NCBI GenBank assembly: GCA_041395205.1
Contig: JAWLAZ010000002.1
Location: 589,686-653,685, forward strand
DNA: 64,000 nt
Origin: a bacterium
Lineage (GTDB): Bacteria > 4484-113 > JAFGCY01
Reading direction: 5' to 3'
The notes under the pieces are model-generated. The model had not been told where the DNA came from. It saw only the letters and a program-made list of their open reading frames with translations, and did not search any database. Below, piece after piece: positions 8,775 through 18,590 of the stretch. Both the position numbers and the translations under genes were made by a program. The stretch's first letter is position 1; each line of letters starts with the position of its first letter.

Positions 8775-11120
8775 ATGGCAGGCAGTGCCTTCTTCACGGC
8801 CGCGAGCGGCCTTCGTAACCACCAGTTGCGCATCGACGCAATTGCCAACAACATCGCCAACGTCAACACGACGGGCTTCAAGGGCTCGAACGTGATCTTC
8901 TCGGACGTGCTGAGCCAGACCCTGCGCGGGGCCAGCGCGCCGACCTCCAACTTCGGCGGCATCAACCCGAAACAGGTCGGGCTCGGGATGCAGATCGCGG
9001 CGATCCACAACCTGATGCAGCAGAGCGCGCTCGAGAACACCTCGCGCCCCACGGACTTCGCGATCAACGGCAGCGGCTTCTTCACACTCTCCAACGGCAG
9101 CAGCAACATGTACACCCGCGCCGGCGACTTCAACGTCGACCGTGAGGGCCGGCTCGTTGCCAACAATGGCTGGCGCGTGCAGGGCTACACCCAGCTCACC
9201 GCCGACGGCCAGAAGGTCGACCCCGGTTCCAAGATCAGCGACGTCGTGATCAACTTCGGCCAGAAGATCGAGGCCCGCCAGACCACGATGCTCAACTACG
9301 CGAGCAACCTCGACAGCTCGAGCTTCCGCTACGGCAGCGCTGACAACGAGACCGCGAGCTTCGGCTCCACCGGGATCCTGACCGTGGCCGGCGCCGCCGA
9401 GCCCTGGGCGATCGCCGCCGGGGACTCGATCACCGCTCTCTCCGCCGGACCGGAGACCATCGCCGTCAACGGCAACACCGTCACCTATGACACCAGTGCC
9501 GCCGCCGACCTCGAGGAGGCCGCGAACATCGTGACCGAGGCCATCAACATCGACCCGGTCAGCAGCCTGCAGGTCCAGGCCACCGTGCGTGAGGTCAACG
9601 GCGAGTTCCAGGTCGTGCTGCAGAGCCGCAACGCCGGCACGAGCATCGACATCACCGCCGTCAGCGACCCGGCCTCCAGCGGCCTGCTCGTCGCGCTCTA
9701 CGAGGCCCCGAGCGAACCCGGCAGCTTCCTCGTCGGCCAGAACGCCGTGACTGTCACGGATGCCAAGGCCGCCACCGAGACCACCTCCGTGCCGATGGGC
9801 GTGGGCGTGAACCGCCCGGTGGCCGGTGACAGCTTCGTGATCAACGGCGTGACCGTCACGCTCGCGACCTCCGCCGGCCTGACCGACACCGCCGAGCAGA
9901 ACGCGATCCTCGTCGCCAACTCGATCAACAACACCCCGAACATCCAGGTCACGGCGATTGCCAACCCCAACGGCACGCTGAGCCTCGTGCAGAACTACGC
10001 CGGTAAGCAGCGCCAGCCCGCCGGTGCGCCGCTGGATGCGGCCGAGGCCGACATCTACATCGACGGCACAGCCACCGCCGGCCTCGCCGCGCGCTACGGC
10101 TTCAACACCTTCCAGGACTGGGGCATCGGCGCGCTTGGTGCTGATGCGGGCATCATTGACAACGGCGAGAACGCCCGCGCCGAGCTGGTCTTCACCCCGG
10201 AGAACGGCTCGCCCGAGCTCGTGCGCTTCTTCGAGGACTGGCCCTACGACCGCAGCACCGCCCCCGCCGCCTGGTCGCCGACCTTCTACATGGCGAGCAC
10301 GCTCGCCAACGTCCAGAACAGCATCGAGGGCAGCGGCCCGGACATGCCGCTCGTGCCCGGCGTGAACATCAGCATCGACGAGCTGATGCCCGGCGTTGCC
10401 AACTTCCGCACCGAGGACGCCTTCATGCACAGCACGAGCCGCATCGTCTACGACTCGCTGGGCAACCCGCACAACCTCGTGACGCAGTTCACGCACATCA
10501 ACGAGAACGAGTGGGAGTATGAACTGAGCCTGCCCGAGGAGCCGAACATCCAGCTCACCAGCACCACGGGCCGGATCACCTTCGGCGAGAGCGGCCTGAT
10601 CACCAGTGGCAACCCGCTCAACCCGGTGAGCTTCACCGCCCCCGGGGCCCAGCCGACCTCGATCGAGCTGACCTTCGACGGCAAGGGCAAGGGCATCAAC
10701 GGCATCACGCAGTTCGCCTCGACCAGCACCACCGCCGCCCGTGAGCAGGACGGCTACCCGATGGGCGTGCTGACTGACTTCGAGGCCGACCAGACCGGCA
10801 CGCTGATCGCCTTCTATGACAACGGCCAGCGCCGCCCGATCGCCCAGCTCAGCCTGGCGACCTTCAGCAACCCCGAGGGTCTGGAGCGCGCCGGCGACAC
10901 GGCCTTCATCCCCACGACCAACTCCGGCTCCCCGGTGCAGCTGCGCCCCGGCAGCGGCGGCAGCGGCGTGGTCTTCAACGGCTTCCTGGAGCAGTCCAAT
11001 GTGGACCTCGCCCAGGAATTCACGAACATGATCATCACCCAGCGCGGCCTGCAGGCCAACAGCCGGGTGTTCACCACCCAGGACGAGATCCTCAATGAGA
11101 TCGTGAACCTGAAGCGGTAA
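8775..11120 (+). CDS. flgE: flagellar hook protein with a large inserted domain
   Basis: N-terminus MAGSAFFTAASGLRNHQLRIDAIANNIANVNTTGFKGS and C-terminus FLEQSNVDLAQEFTNMIITQRGLQANSRVFTTQDEILNEIVNLKR are canonical FlgE D0/D1 segments. At 781 aa it implies a large central insertion. Confidence 0.9.
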   Translation: MAGSAFFTAASGLRNHQLRIDAIANNIANVNTTGFKGSNVIFSDVLSQTLRGASAPTSNFGGINPKQVGLGMQIAAIHNLMQQSALENTSRPTDFAINGSGFFTLSNGSSNMYTRAGDFNVDREGRLVANNGWRVQGYTQLTADGQKVDPGSKISDVVINFGQKIEARQTTMLNYASNLDSSSFRYGSADNETASFGSTGILTVAGAAEPWAIAAGDSITALSAGPETIAVNGNTVTYDTSAAADLEEAANIVTEAINIDPVSSLQVQATVREVNGEFQVVLQSRNAGTSIDITAVSDPASSGLLVALYEAPSEPGSFLVGQNAVTVTDAKAATETTSVPMGVGVNRPVAGDSFVINGVTVTLATSAGLTDTAEQNAILVANSINNTPNIQVTAIANPNGTLSLVQNYAGKQRQPAGAPLDAAEADIYIDGTATAGLAARYGFNTFQDWGIGALGADAGIIDNGENARAELVFTPENGSPELVRFFEDWPYDRSTAPAAWSPTFYMASTLANVQNSIEGSGPDMPLVPGVNISIDELMPGVANFRTEDAFMHSTSRIVYDSLGNPHNLVTQFTHINENEWEYELSLPEEPNIQLTSTTGRITFGESGLITSGNPLNPVSFTAPGAQPTSIELTFDGKGKGINGITQFASTSTTAAREQDGYPMGVLTDFEADQTGTLIAFYDNGQRRPIAQLSLATFSNPEGLERAGDTAFIPTTNSGSPVQLRPGSGGSGVVFNGFLEQSNVDLAQEFTNMIITQRGLQANSRVFTTQDEILNEIVNLKR

Positions 11121-11144
11121 TCGCTGAGCACTGAACCTGCCTGA

Positions 11145-11177
11145 GGGCGGCCCTGCGGGGCCGCCTTCGCGCTTTTC
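11145..11177 (+). terminator. rho-independent terminator after flgE
   Basis: GGGCGGCCC-tgcg-GGGGCCGCC stem-loop followed by a TTCGCGCTTTTC U-tract. Confidence 0.7.
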
Positions 11178-11481
11178 AGGTAATGTTCAGTCCATCTCCG
11201 GAACTGAGATTGAATATCTGTATTCTTATAAGGTAATATATAGGCACCTTAAATCAAGATTTGGGTGAATCCCGGAATCCGGTCGGAACTGCAACATTTG
11301 CAGGATCTGGAAAGTCCAGATTCCGGGGGATAAATCCAAGTCAAATGACGGCTTCCGTCGGGAGGGTTGGGGTTAAGATTAGTATTAAGTGGGATTTAAG
11401 TAAGCAGGCGGGTTTCGGGATTACATTATTGGCGGGTATTCCTGATTTCCAGTACCAAACCTAGGGGTAAGTTGTCTGAAC

Positions 11482-12198
11482 ATGTACGGAGCAAGGCTTA
11501 GCGAACTGTGGGGTGTGCCCGAGGGCATCCAGCAATTCTTTCTACTGGAGCAGAAGCTGGCACTGGCGCTCAGCACTGAGCCGGTGTTCCTGGCCCGCGA
11601 GCAGTCGTCGGGCATGCGCATGTGGGTCAAGTTCTCCGACGGTTCGGATGTCTCACTGAAGCGCCTCGCGGTGGAGGCGGACGCCCTGCGTTCCATCAGC
11701 CACCCGCACATCATCGCCCTGAAGATCGACAAGCGGGACTTCGAGGTACCCTTCATCGGCTTTCCCTGGATGGCCGAGCAGCCCCTGGCCGACATGGACG
11801 TGGATGCGATGTCCACGCCGGACAGGATCCGCATGGCGCTCAGCATCCTGGAGATCATTGACCACCTGCAGGGCATGGATCATCCCGTGGCCCACAACCG
11901 GATTAACACCGAGAACCTGTGGATCTCGCCCAGCACCGGCTGGGTCAGGCTCGCCAGCTTCGGGCACGCCCTGCGTTCCCCGCTGGAGGCCGACCTGCTG
12001 GCGGACCGTGAGCAGACGCTCAACCTGCTCAGTGAACTGCTGGGGCGCGGAGCCTCCGGGGAGGAACTCAAGGACCAGATCGTTGAAACCGGACTTGCCT
12101 GGGCTGAAAGCAGGCAAAACGGAATGGATGAGCTGCATGGCCTGCTGCGCCGGCAGTTCCTGAACTCCGTCACTGCGGATCTCCAGGCAATTACCTGA
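11482..12198 (+). CDS. Ser/Thr protein kinase-like pseudokinase (catalytic residues substituted)
   Basis: Kinase-fold landmarks are present but degenerate: the VAIK-like K (MWVKF), an alpha-C glutamate (LAVEAD), HPHIIAL, VAHNRINTENLWI in place of HRDLKPEN, and SFG in place of DFG. There is no Gly-rich loop. Confidence 0.55.
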   Translation: MYGARLSELWGVPEGIQQFFLLEQKLALALSTEPVFLAREQSSGMRMWVKFSDGSDVSLKRLAVEADALRSISHPHIIALKIDKRDFEVPFIGFPWMAEQPLADMDVDAMSTPDRIRMALSILEIIDHLQGMDHPVAHNRINTENLWISPSTGWVRLASFGHALRSPLEADLLADREQTLNLLSELLGRGASGEELKDQIVETGLAWAESRQNGMDELHGLLRRQFLNSVTADLQAIT

Positions 12199-12219
12199 GC
12201 TGGGTTAGGATAGGCTTCA

Positions 12220-15200
12220 ATGTTAAAAAGGTTTGATTTCGGCAAATCTCTCAACCGGCAGGTGGAAGCGTACAAGCGGCTGAACCCCCAGCAGCAGCAG
12301 AAGCGCCGCCCCGCCCTGCTCAAGAGTCTTGAGGAATATGCCCGCCGCTATCTCGAGGAAGTGATCAACCCCAACTCCGCCAATCCCGGCCAGCTCAAGA
12401 GCGGTGCCGAGAACCTGGTGGAGGCGGCTGCGGTGCTTGACGAGACCCGCGTGGCCTTTGAGACCTTCAGTGACATGGTGGCGCGCAGCCGCAAGGTGCC
12501 CGTGGTTCCCGGCCTCGCCGGCCTGGTGGACCGCATGCTCGAGCTGGAGAGTGATTCCCGCGAGCACCGCCTGTCCCTGCTCAACTGGCGCATCACGACG
12601 GGCAACATGCGCCCCGAGCGCCATCTTTCGTACCTGAGTGAACGGGCCAGCCTCACGAATGAGGTCAGCCACTGGAAGGACTTCGCCTGGGGACTGTCCC
12701 AGATGATCAACAAGGGCACCGTCAAGCAGGGAGATGACCTCGCGGTGCGTTCCCTTGAAACCCTGATTGAGAATCGCCAGAGCCTCGGCGACAAGGCCGT
12801 GGAAGTCACGCTGATGATGGCCGAGGCCCAGATCCTGCGCAAGAACGACCGCCAGGCCGAGGACCTGCTCGTTGAGATCATCTCCGAGGGCCGCAGCGTC
12901 GGCGAGGACTTCTACCAGCTCGCCAATTCCCTGCTGGACCACCGCCCCCAGTGCTGCTGGGAGCTGCACCAGATCGTGATGGAGCATTCCATCAAGGACT
13001 ACCGCAGCGGGCGCATCGGCTGGAACGTGCTCAGTGAGCGCCTCGAGCGCACGCACCAGCACCCGCTGGAGATTGCCAACTACCTGACGGTCCACAAGGA
13101 GATGGTGCGCGACGAGAAGCTCGCCGTGTACTGCCTGAAGCGCATCGTCAAGCTCGACAGCGAGCTGATCAAGGACAAGATCGGCAACTGGTTCCGCGCG
13201 TTCCAGCATGCCAAGCAGCAGCCGCCCAGCGCCGCCAATGAGTACCTGCAGATCGCGGCGGGCAAGGTTGCCAACATTGACTTCCCCGAGCTGCCGGAGT
13301 ACGTGATCCCGGACAGCCGCCCGACCCCGGATGCCAGCGTCAACGGCGCGGGCCCGGCCCCGGGTGCCGATGCCAGCCTCGAGCTCGACCAGGAGGGCAT
13401 CATCGACATCCAGGTGGAGGAGCCCGCCCCCGTCTATGACGACGAGGAGCCGGACTTCGCCACGGAGGATGTGAAGTACGACGACGAAGAGGATGAACCG
13501 GCCTGGGAGACCGCTGCGGAGGACGATGCCGCGGTGGAAGCCGAGGACGACTTCTCGCTCGACGACCTGCCGGATGACGAGGATGAGCTGGACGAGCCCG
13601 CGGCAGCGGTGCAGCCTCCCGCGCAGGAGCCGCAGCATGTCACGGCCGTGGTCTCAGCGGACTTCGACCTGGAGCGCCTGATCGAGAGCCTCGCGGACTG
13701 CGAGCGCCCCAACCAGGTCGGCGCCGTGCTGGAAAAGCACATAAATGCTGACAAACAGAGCGTCAATGAGCTGCACGCCATCAGCCACAACATCAATTCC
13801 TCCGGGCTGGCCCCCTGGCTCGTGGAGGAATCGCACCTGTGGTTCGCCGAGCAGCTGTTCCTGCAGGATGACAGCTCCGCCGCGGCCATGGAACTGCGCA
13901 GCATCCGCGTCCCCGACGAGGAGCATGCCAGCCGCCTGCGCCAGCGCGTGGAGCGCATGTTCGGCAGCCTGGACGGGGCTCCGGCCATCGCCGCGCACGT
14001 GGCGCGCCTGGCCCTGCGCACCGGTGACTACGAATCCGCCCTGGCCCGGGCCACGATGCTGCCCGAGGGTGAGGAGGACCGCCAGAACCTGCTGAAGTCC
14101 ATCGAGCAGTGGATCAACGCCCAGGCGGACATCCCGCCGGACATGCTGTTCGCGCTGGCCAATGCGCAGCGCATGCAGTCCGAGGATCCGCTGGCCGGCT
14201 TCGAGGCCGCCACCGCGGCGAGCCTGCTGGATCTCAACAACGGCAACATCCAGCAGGGCTACAGCATCTGGGTGGAGTCCATCAACCCGCGCGACGTGCA
14301 CATGCAGCGCGCCCGCCAGGCCAGCTACCTGACAACGGAGAAGGGCCACAGCGAGCTGCTGCCGATCGCGCTCGATGAAATCGACGCACTTGACAACTAC
14401 CTCGATGAGGAGATTAGCCGCGAGCCGATCCAGTGGCTGGACAACCTGCGCCCGCTGCTGGATGACCTCGACGAGAACGACCCGGCGCGCAACCGCATGC
14501 GCTGGACGCGGATCTACCTGAACCTCACGCAGCGCATCGGCAACATCGAGCAGTTCGAGCAGGTGCTGCAGCATGCGGCATCGCTGATCGCGCCTGAAGC
14601 CACGATGGACCTCATCAATGAGTACGGCGAGAAGCTGCCCGCCGGGGTGCGCTTCACCGTGCGCTACCGCTCGCTGGTGCATGCCGGCAAGTGGCAGGAG
14701 GCCATCAGCCTGTTCGACTCCCCCGAGGAGTTCATCATCAACGACTCGATGACCATCGAGCAGATCTGCAGTGAACTGCCGGACGAGGCCCTGCTGCCCG
14801 CCACGGAGAAGCTGCTCGGGGCCTTCCGCAGCCGCAATGACAGCGGTGCCCGCCTAGGCCTGATCAAGTCCATGAGCGACCGCTACGAGTCCGGCGGGCT
14901 CGGGCTGGATTCCAACCCGCCGCTCAAGGGCCTGCTGGATGAGACCCTGATGGATCTCTGCCGCGAGGAATTCGAGCCGGCCCTGCGCTACCGCCTGCAG
15001 ACCAACCGCGACATGGGCGACCTCGAGAACGTGGCCCGCGACCTGCTGGCCCTGGCCCGCGGCCATGACGAGAAGGCACTCGCCGAGCTGGAGGAGACCT
15101 TCTACCTGATGGTCAAGGCCCCGGAGCAGTCCACCACGGTGATCGAGATCGCCGAGGTGCTGGCCACGGCCTACAGCAAGCAGAGCCCGGATGCGGCGAT

Positions 15201-18012
15201 CGCGATCCTCACCGCGGCCGGCAACAAGAATGAGAACCCCGAATGGGCCCTGCGCAAGATCTCGGAGCTGAACCTCGTGCCCCGGGACGTGGCGGGGCTG
15301 GTGCGCCTCGGCGACCTGGCCGTGGAGAATGGCAACCTCGAGGAGGGCATCACCATCGCCGGGCACCTGCTGGATGGCAACGCCCCGCTGGAGGCCCGTG
15401 AACTGGCCACGAAGCTCGTGGACAGCAATGCCAGCTCACCAGAGGCGATGATCGCGCTCGTGCGCTCGCTGCTGGTGCCGCCGGTGCGCGACCTCAAGCA
15501 GGCCACGAGCCGCCTGATGAAGCTGCGCCAGCTCTTCCAGCAGAAGGAGATCCACGCCAACGAGGCCCTGCGCCCGCTGCGCCAGTACGCCCAGGAACAG
15601 CTCGCCGACTGCAGCGACCAGGCGGACTGCATGCGCTTCAACCTGGCCCTGGCCGCGATCAGCGGCGACCAGGAGCGCGCCACCTCGCTCGTGCGCGAGA
15701 TCAATTCCAACGGTGACGAGAACAGTCCCGAGCTGCTGGAGCTGTTTGACCAGCTGGCGCTCGTGGACACCGACCTCCCCAGCGCGATCGAGGTCAGCTG
15801 GGGCCGCGCCCTGTTCAATGCAGGACGCATCGACGAATCGCTGGACCGCCTCGCCGGTCTGCGTGATGCCGTCGGCGAATATCCCGAATACATCCAGCTG
15901 CTGGAGGAGATCAAGGAGAAGGCCGCCGGGCCGGGCGCCAGCATGCAGCTGGGCGAGGCCTACCTGCGCGTGCACCTCTGGCAGCGCAGCGCTGAGGAGT
16001 ACGCGGCGGCCCTCGACAAGGACCCGAGCCTCGCCGAGCCTATCCTCACGCAGCTCAGACACCACCATGCGCTGGTGCCCAACCCGATGAAGTATCCCCT
16101 GCACCTGCTCGCGCTGAAGGCCGTGGCCCACAGCGAGCGGGTCAGCGACTGGGGCTGGGCCGTGAGCGCCCTGAACTGGCTCGTGCCGCGCTGGAGCGCC
16201 GAGGAACTCTACGAGCTGGCCAAGGACCTCTACCGCAACTACCCGAACGTGGAGATCGAGGAGGATGACCTCCCGCAGCTGCTGCTGCATCTCTACCGCC
16301 TGGCCAACAAGGTCGGAAGCCGCGCGGATGCGATCAACTACTTCAATGAGGCCCGCAAGCTGGCGGGCGGCATGAATGAGGAGCTGATCGGTGCGCTGCG
16401 CGAGCTGGACCTGAACGACCTGCCCGAGGATGAGGACCTGCTCTTCAAGATCCGCATGTTCCAGCTGGAAAGCGCGATGGTCGAGAAGGATGAGGACCGC
16501 GTCGTGGAATGCGCGGGCCTGCTGGCCCAGACCGGGGCCGAGGGCCGCGAACAGGCGGTCAGCATCCTCGGTGAATACCAGCAGCAGGCCGGTGACAGCC
16601 TGCCCGTGATCGTGGCCCGCCTGAAGCTGATCGACCTCAGCCATGCCGAGGGCCGCAACCTGTTCGTCAATGAACTGCTCAGTGCCCTGCAGGGCAACCT
16701 GCCCAAGCAGCAGGTGCGCTCGCTGATCAGCATCGTGCTCGATCTCGTGCAGGCCACCCCGGACAGCCCCGAGCTGATCGAGCTGCTGCTGCAGCTCTTC
16801 GGCAAGCTGGGCGACCAGTCCCGCGCCTGGCAGCTTTCGCTGCTCTACGTGGAGGGTGAGGAAGCCCCGGCTCCAACTGCGCTGAGCGTGATCTCCGACC
16901 TCGCTGCCGACCGCTACGCCATCGGCCAGCAGCTGGCCCGCGTGGAGATCCTGATGCTGCGCGGCGACCATGAGGCGGCAGTCGAGGCCCTGGAGGCCGT
17001 GGACGGCAGCGCACTCGGCGATCGCAGCCCCCTGGCCGTGAACCTCGCGGAGGCCCTGCTCAGCAGTCCCTCCCAGGCCCGCGCCCGCGCCTGGCTGATC
17101 GGCTGGTACCGCGCCAACGGGCGGATGGACCTCGCCGGCGACCACCTCGTGTGGGCCTATGCCACCGCTGATCCGCAGCCGCATGACTGGCTCGTGGCCG
17201 AGAAGAGCGGCGACCTCAAGTACCGCTATGCCATGCTGCTGGAGCGCATGGGCCGCCGGGATGAAGCCTTCGGGGTCTTCCAGGAAGCGCTCAGTGCCGG
17301 GCCGCAGGACAAGCTGGTGCTGGCTGCGCTCAACATCCGGCTCGCCGGGATCTATGAGGAGCAGAACCAGCTGGACCAGGCGCTGGAATTCGCCACGGCA
17401 TCCGCCGAGCTGCAGCCCGAACGGGCCAGCCTGCAGGCGCATGTCGAGAAGCTGGTGCGCGACATCAACCGCCAGCGCATCGAGGAAACCCGCAACGAAC
17501 CCGACAGCGTGCAGCGTACGCTGCGCATCGCTGAACTGGCACTCAACAACAATGAGGTCGAGGAAGCGATCAACGAGCTGCAGGCCGGCATCGGCCGCGG
17601 CCAGGTCGCGCCCGAGGTCTACCTGGTGCTGGCGGAGTGCTTCAACCTCTCCGGCGACTACAACATCGCGCGCCGGGCCTTCGCGGAACTGCTGCGCAAT
17701 GACAAGCTGGACGATGCCGACCCCGAGCTGCGCCTGCGTACGCTCTACGGACTGGCCCAGGTCGAGGAAAGCCTCAGCAACCGCGAGGAAGCGATCCGCA
17801 ACCTGGAGCAGATCCTCGTGCTGCGCCAGAACTTCCGGGACAGCCGCCAGCGTCTGGATGCCCTGTACAACCAGACCGGCGCCGCCCCGCGCGAGAGCCA
17901 GCCAGCTCCCGCGGCAACTCCGGCTCCGGCCGCCTCCTCGGACAAGTCGAGCATGATCAACGAGCTGGATGAAATCCTCTCGATGCTCGGTGACGACGAC
18001 GAGGACTCATGA
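12220..18012 (+). CDS. giant (1930-aa) all-helical acidic protein with C-terminal TPR-like repeats; unknown function
   Basis: Single uninterrupted ORF. It has a poly-acidic block (DDEEPDFATEDVKYDDEEDEPAWETAAEDDAAVEAEDDFSLDDLPDDEDELDE), helical-repeat content throughout, TPR-like repeats near the C-terminus, and an acidic DDDEDS tail. The start lies 21 nt after the pseudokinase stop. Confidence 0.7.
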   Translation: MLKRFDFGKSLNRQVEAYKRLNPQQQQKRRPALLKSLEEYARRYLEEVINPNSANPGQLKSGAENLVEAAAVLDETRVAFETFSDMVARSRKVPVVPGLAGLVDRMLELESDSREHRLSLLNWRITTGNMRPERHLSYLSERASLTNEVSHWKDFAWGLSQMINKGTVKQGDDLAVRSLETLIENRQSLGDKAVEVTLMMAEAQILRKNDRQAEDLLVEIISEGRSVGEDFYQLANSLLDHRPQCCWELHQIVMEHSIKDYRSGRIGWNVLSERLERTHQHPLEIANYLTVHKEMVRDEKLAVYCLKRIVKLDSELIKDKIGNWFRAFQHAKQQPPSAANEYLQIAAGKVANIDFPELPEYVIPDSRPTPDASVNGAGPAPGADASLELDQEGIIDIQVEEPAPVYDDEEPDFATEDVKYDDEEDEPAWETAAEDDAAVEAEDDFSLDDLPDDEDELDEPAAAVQPPAQEPQHVTAVVSADFDLERLIESLADCERPNQVGAVLEKHINADKQSVNELHAISHNINSSGLAPWLVEESHLWFAEQLFLQDDSSAAAMELRSIRVPDEEHASRLRQRVERMFGSLDGAPAIAAHVARLALRTGDYESALARATMLPEGEEDRQNLLKSIEQWINAQADIPPDMLFALANAQRMQSEDPLAGFEAATAASLLDLNNGNIQQGYSIWVESINPRDVHMQRARQASYLTTEKGHSELLPIALDEIDALDNYLDEEISREPIQWLDNLRPLLDDLDENDPARNRMRWTRIYLNLTQRIGNIEQFEQVLQHAASLIAPEATMDLINEYGEKLPAGVRFTVRYRSLVHAGKWQEAISLFDSPEEFIINDSMTIEQICSELPDEALLPATEKLLGAFRSRNDSGARLGLIKSMSDRYESGGLGLDSNPPLKGLLDETLMDLCREEFEPALRYRLQTNRDMGDLENVARDLLALARGHDEKALAELEETFYLMVKAPEQSTTVIEIAEVLATAYSKQSPDAAIAILTAAGNKNENPEWALRKISELNLVPRDVAGLVRLGDLAVENGNLEEGITIAGHLLDGNAPLEARELATKLVDSNASSPEAMIALVRSLLVPPVRDLKQATSRLMKLRQLFQQKEIHANEALRPLRQYAQEQLADCSDQADCMRFNLALAAISGDQERATSLVREINSNGDENSPELLELFDQLALVDTDLPSAIEVSWGRALFNAGRIDESLDRLAGLRDAVGEYPEYIQLLEEIKEKAAGPGASMQLGEAYLRVHLWQRSAEEYAAALDKDPSLAEPILTQLRHHHALVPNPMKYPLHLLALKAVAHSERVSDWGWAVSALNWLVPRWSAEELYELAKDLYRNYPNVEIEEDDLPQLLLHLYRLANKVGSRADAINYFNEARKLAGGMNEELIGALRELDLNDLPEDEDLLFKIRMFQLESAMVEKDEDRVVECAGLLAQTGAEGREQAVSILGEYQQQAGDSLPVIVARLKLIDLSHAEGRNLFVNELLSALQGNLPKQQVRSLISIVLDLVQATPDSPELIELLLQLFGKLGDQSRAWQLSLLYVEGEEAPAPTALSVISDLAADRYAIGQQLARVEILMLRGDHEAAVEALEAVDGSALGDRSPLAVNLAEALLSSPSQARARAWLIGWYRANGRMDLAGDHLVWAYATADPQPHDWLVAEKSGDLKYRYAMLLERMGRRDEAFGVFQEALSAGPQDKLVLAALNIRLAGIYEEQNQLDQALEFATASAELQPERASLQAHVEKLVRDINRQRIEETRNEPDSVQRTLRIAELALNNNEVEEAINELQAGIGRGQVAPEVYLVLAECFNLSGDYNIARRAFAELLRNDKLDDADPELRLRTLYGLAQVEESLSNREEAIRNLEQILVLRQNFRDSRQRLDALYNQTGAAPRESQPAPAATPAPAASSDKSSMINELDEILSMLGDDDEDS

Positions 18013-18047
18013 TGGACGTATTGAATTAGAGAAGGACTGATCGGTTA

Positions 18048-18578
18048 GTGGACAATTCATCCTCTGAGAGGGAAATGGCTGAGGAGCTCAAGGCTACACG
18101 CGTGCGCGTGCAGGATCTGGAGCTGCAGGTCGAGGACCTCTCCGAAAGAATCAGCAACATCGCATCCCAGCTCGGAAAGCTGACCAAGGTCGTGCGCCAG
18201 CTGATGTCGGGCGACGGCGCAGTGCAGAACGGCAGCGGCCCGGCGGTGGCTGAACCCGCGGCTGCAGTACCCGTCCAGCAGAGTGCATCCGAGAGCCCCG
18301 CCCCGCGCGAGAACGACATCCCGCGCGAGATGCTGCAGGCGATCCGCATGATCACCGAGAACCGCAGCGAGGATGCCCAGAAGATCGTCACCTCGCAGCC
18401 GCGTGAAATGCTGGCGGACCATCCCGGAATCGTGGCCCTCGTCGCAGCTTCCCTGCGCATCCACAAGGGCGAATTCGGCGTGGCCCGCGCGGCGCTGGAC
18501 AAGGCCCGCAAGCTGATCACGGACCAGCGCCTGATCAAGGTCGTGCGCTTCCTCGAGAAGCAGATCCCCGTCGACTAG
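18048..18578 (+). CDS. coiled-coil protein, likely co-transcribed with the giant protein
   Basis: 176-aa ORF starting 36 nt after the giant ORF stop. The N-terminal heptad-rich helix (ELKATRVRVQDLELQVEDLSERISNIASQLGKLTKVV) suggests a coiled coil. Confidence 0.5.
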   Translation: MDNSSSEREMAEELKATRVRVQDLELQVEDLSERISNIASQLGKLTKVVRQLMSGDGAVQNGSGPAVAEPAAAVPVQQSASESPAPRENDIPREMLQAIRMITENRSEDAQKIVTSQPREMLADHPGIVALVAASLRIHKGEFGVARAALDKARKLITDQRLIKVVRFLEKQIPVD

Positions 18579-18590
18579 CTCCCGGCCGGT

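Noticed and set aside
8757-10496. 579-aa minus-strand ORF
   Set aside because: It is antisense to flgE, whose N- and C-termini are canonical. The translation is low-complexity Gly/Ala/Arg/Val.
11261-11464. 67-aa ORF in the AT-rich leader upstream of the pseudokinase gene
   Set aside because: No RBS. The composition is unlike neighbouring genes. It lies in a region with short direct repeats better interpreted as promoter or leader.
12223-17442. Minus-strand ORFs of 471 aa and 668 aa, and plus-strand alternate-frame ORFs, inside the giant gene
   Set aside because: They are nested in or antisense to the single 1930-aa uninterrupted ORF with a coherent helical-repeat translation. Their translations are low complexity.
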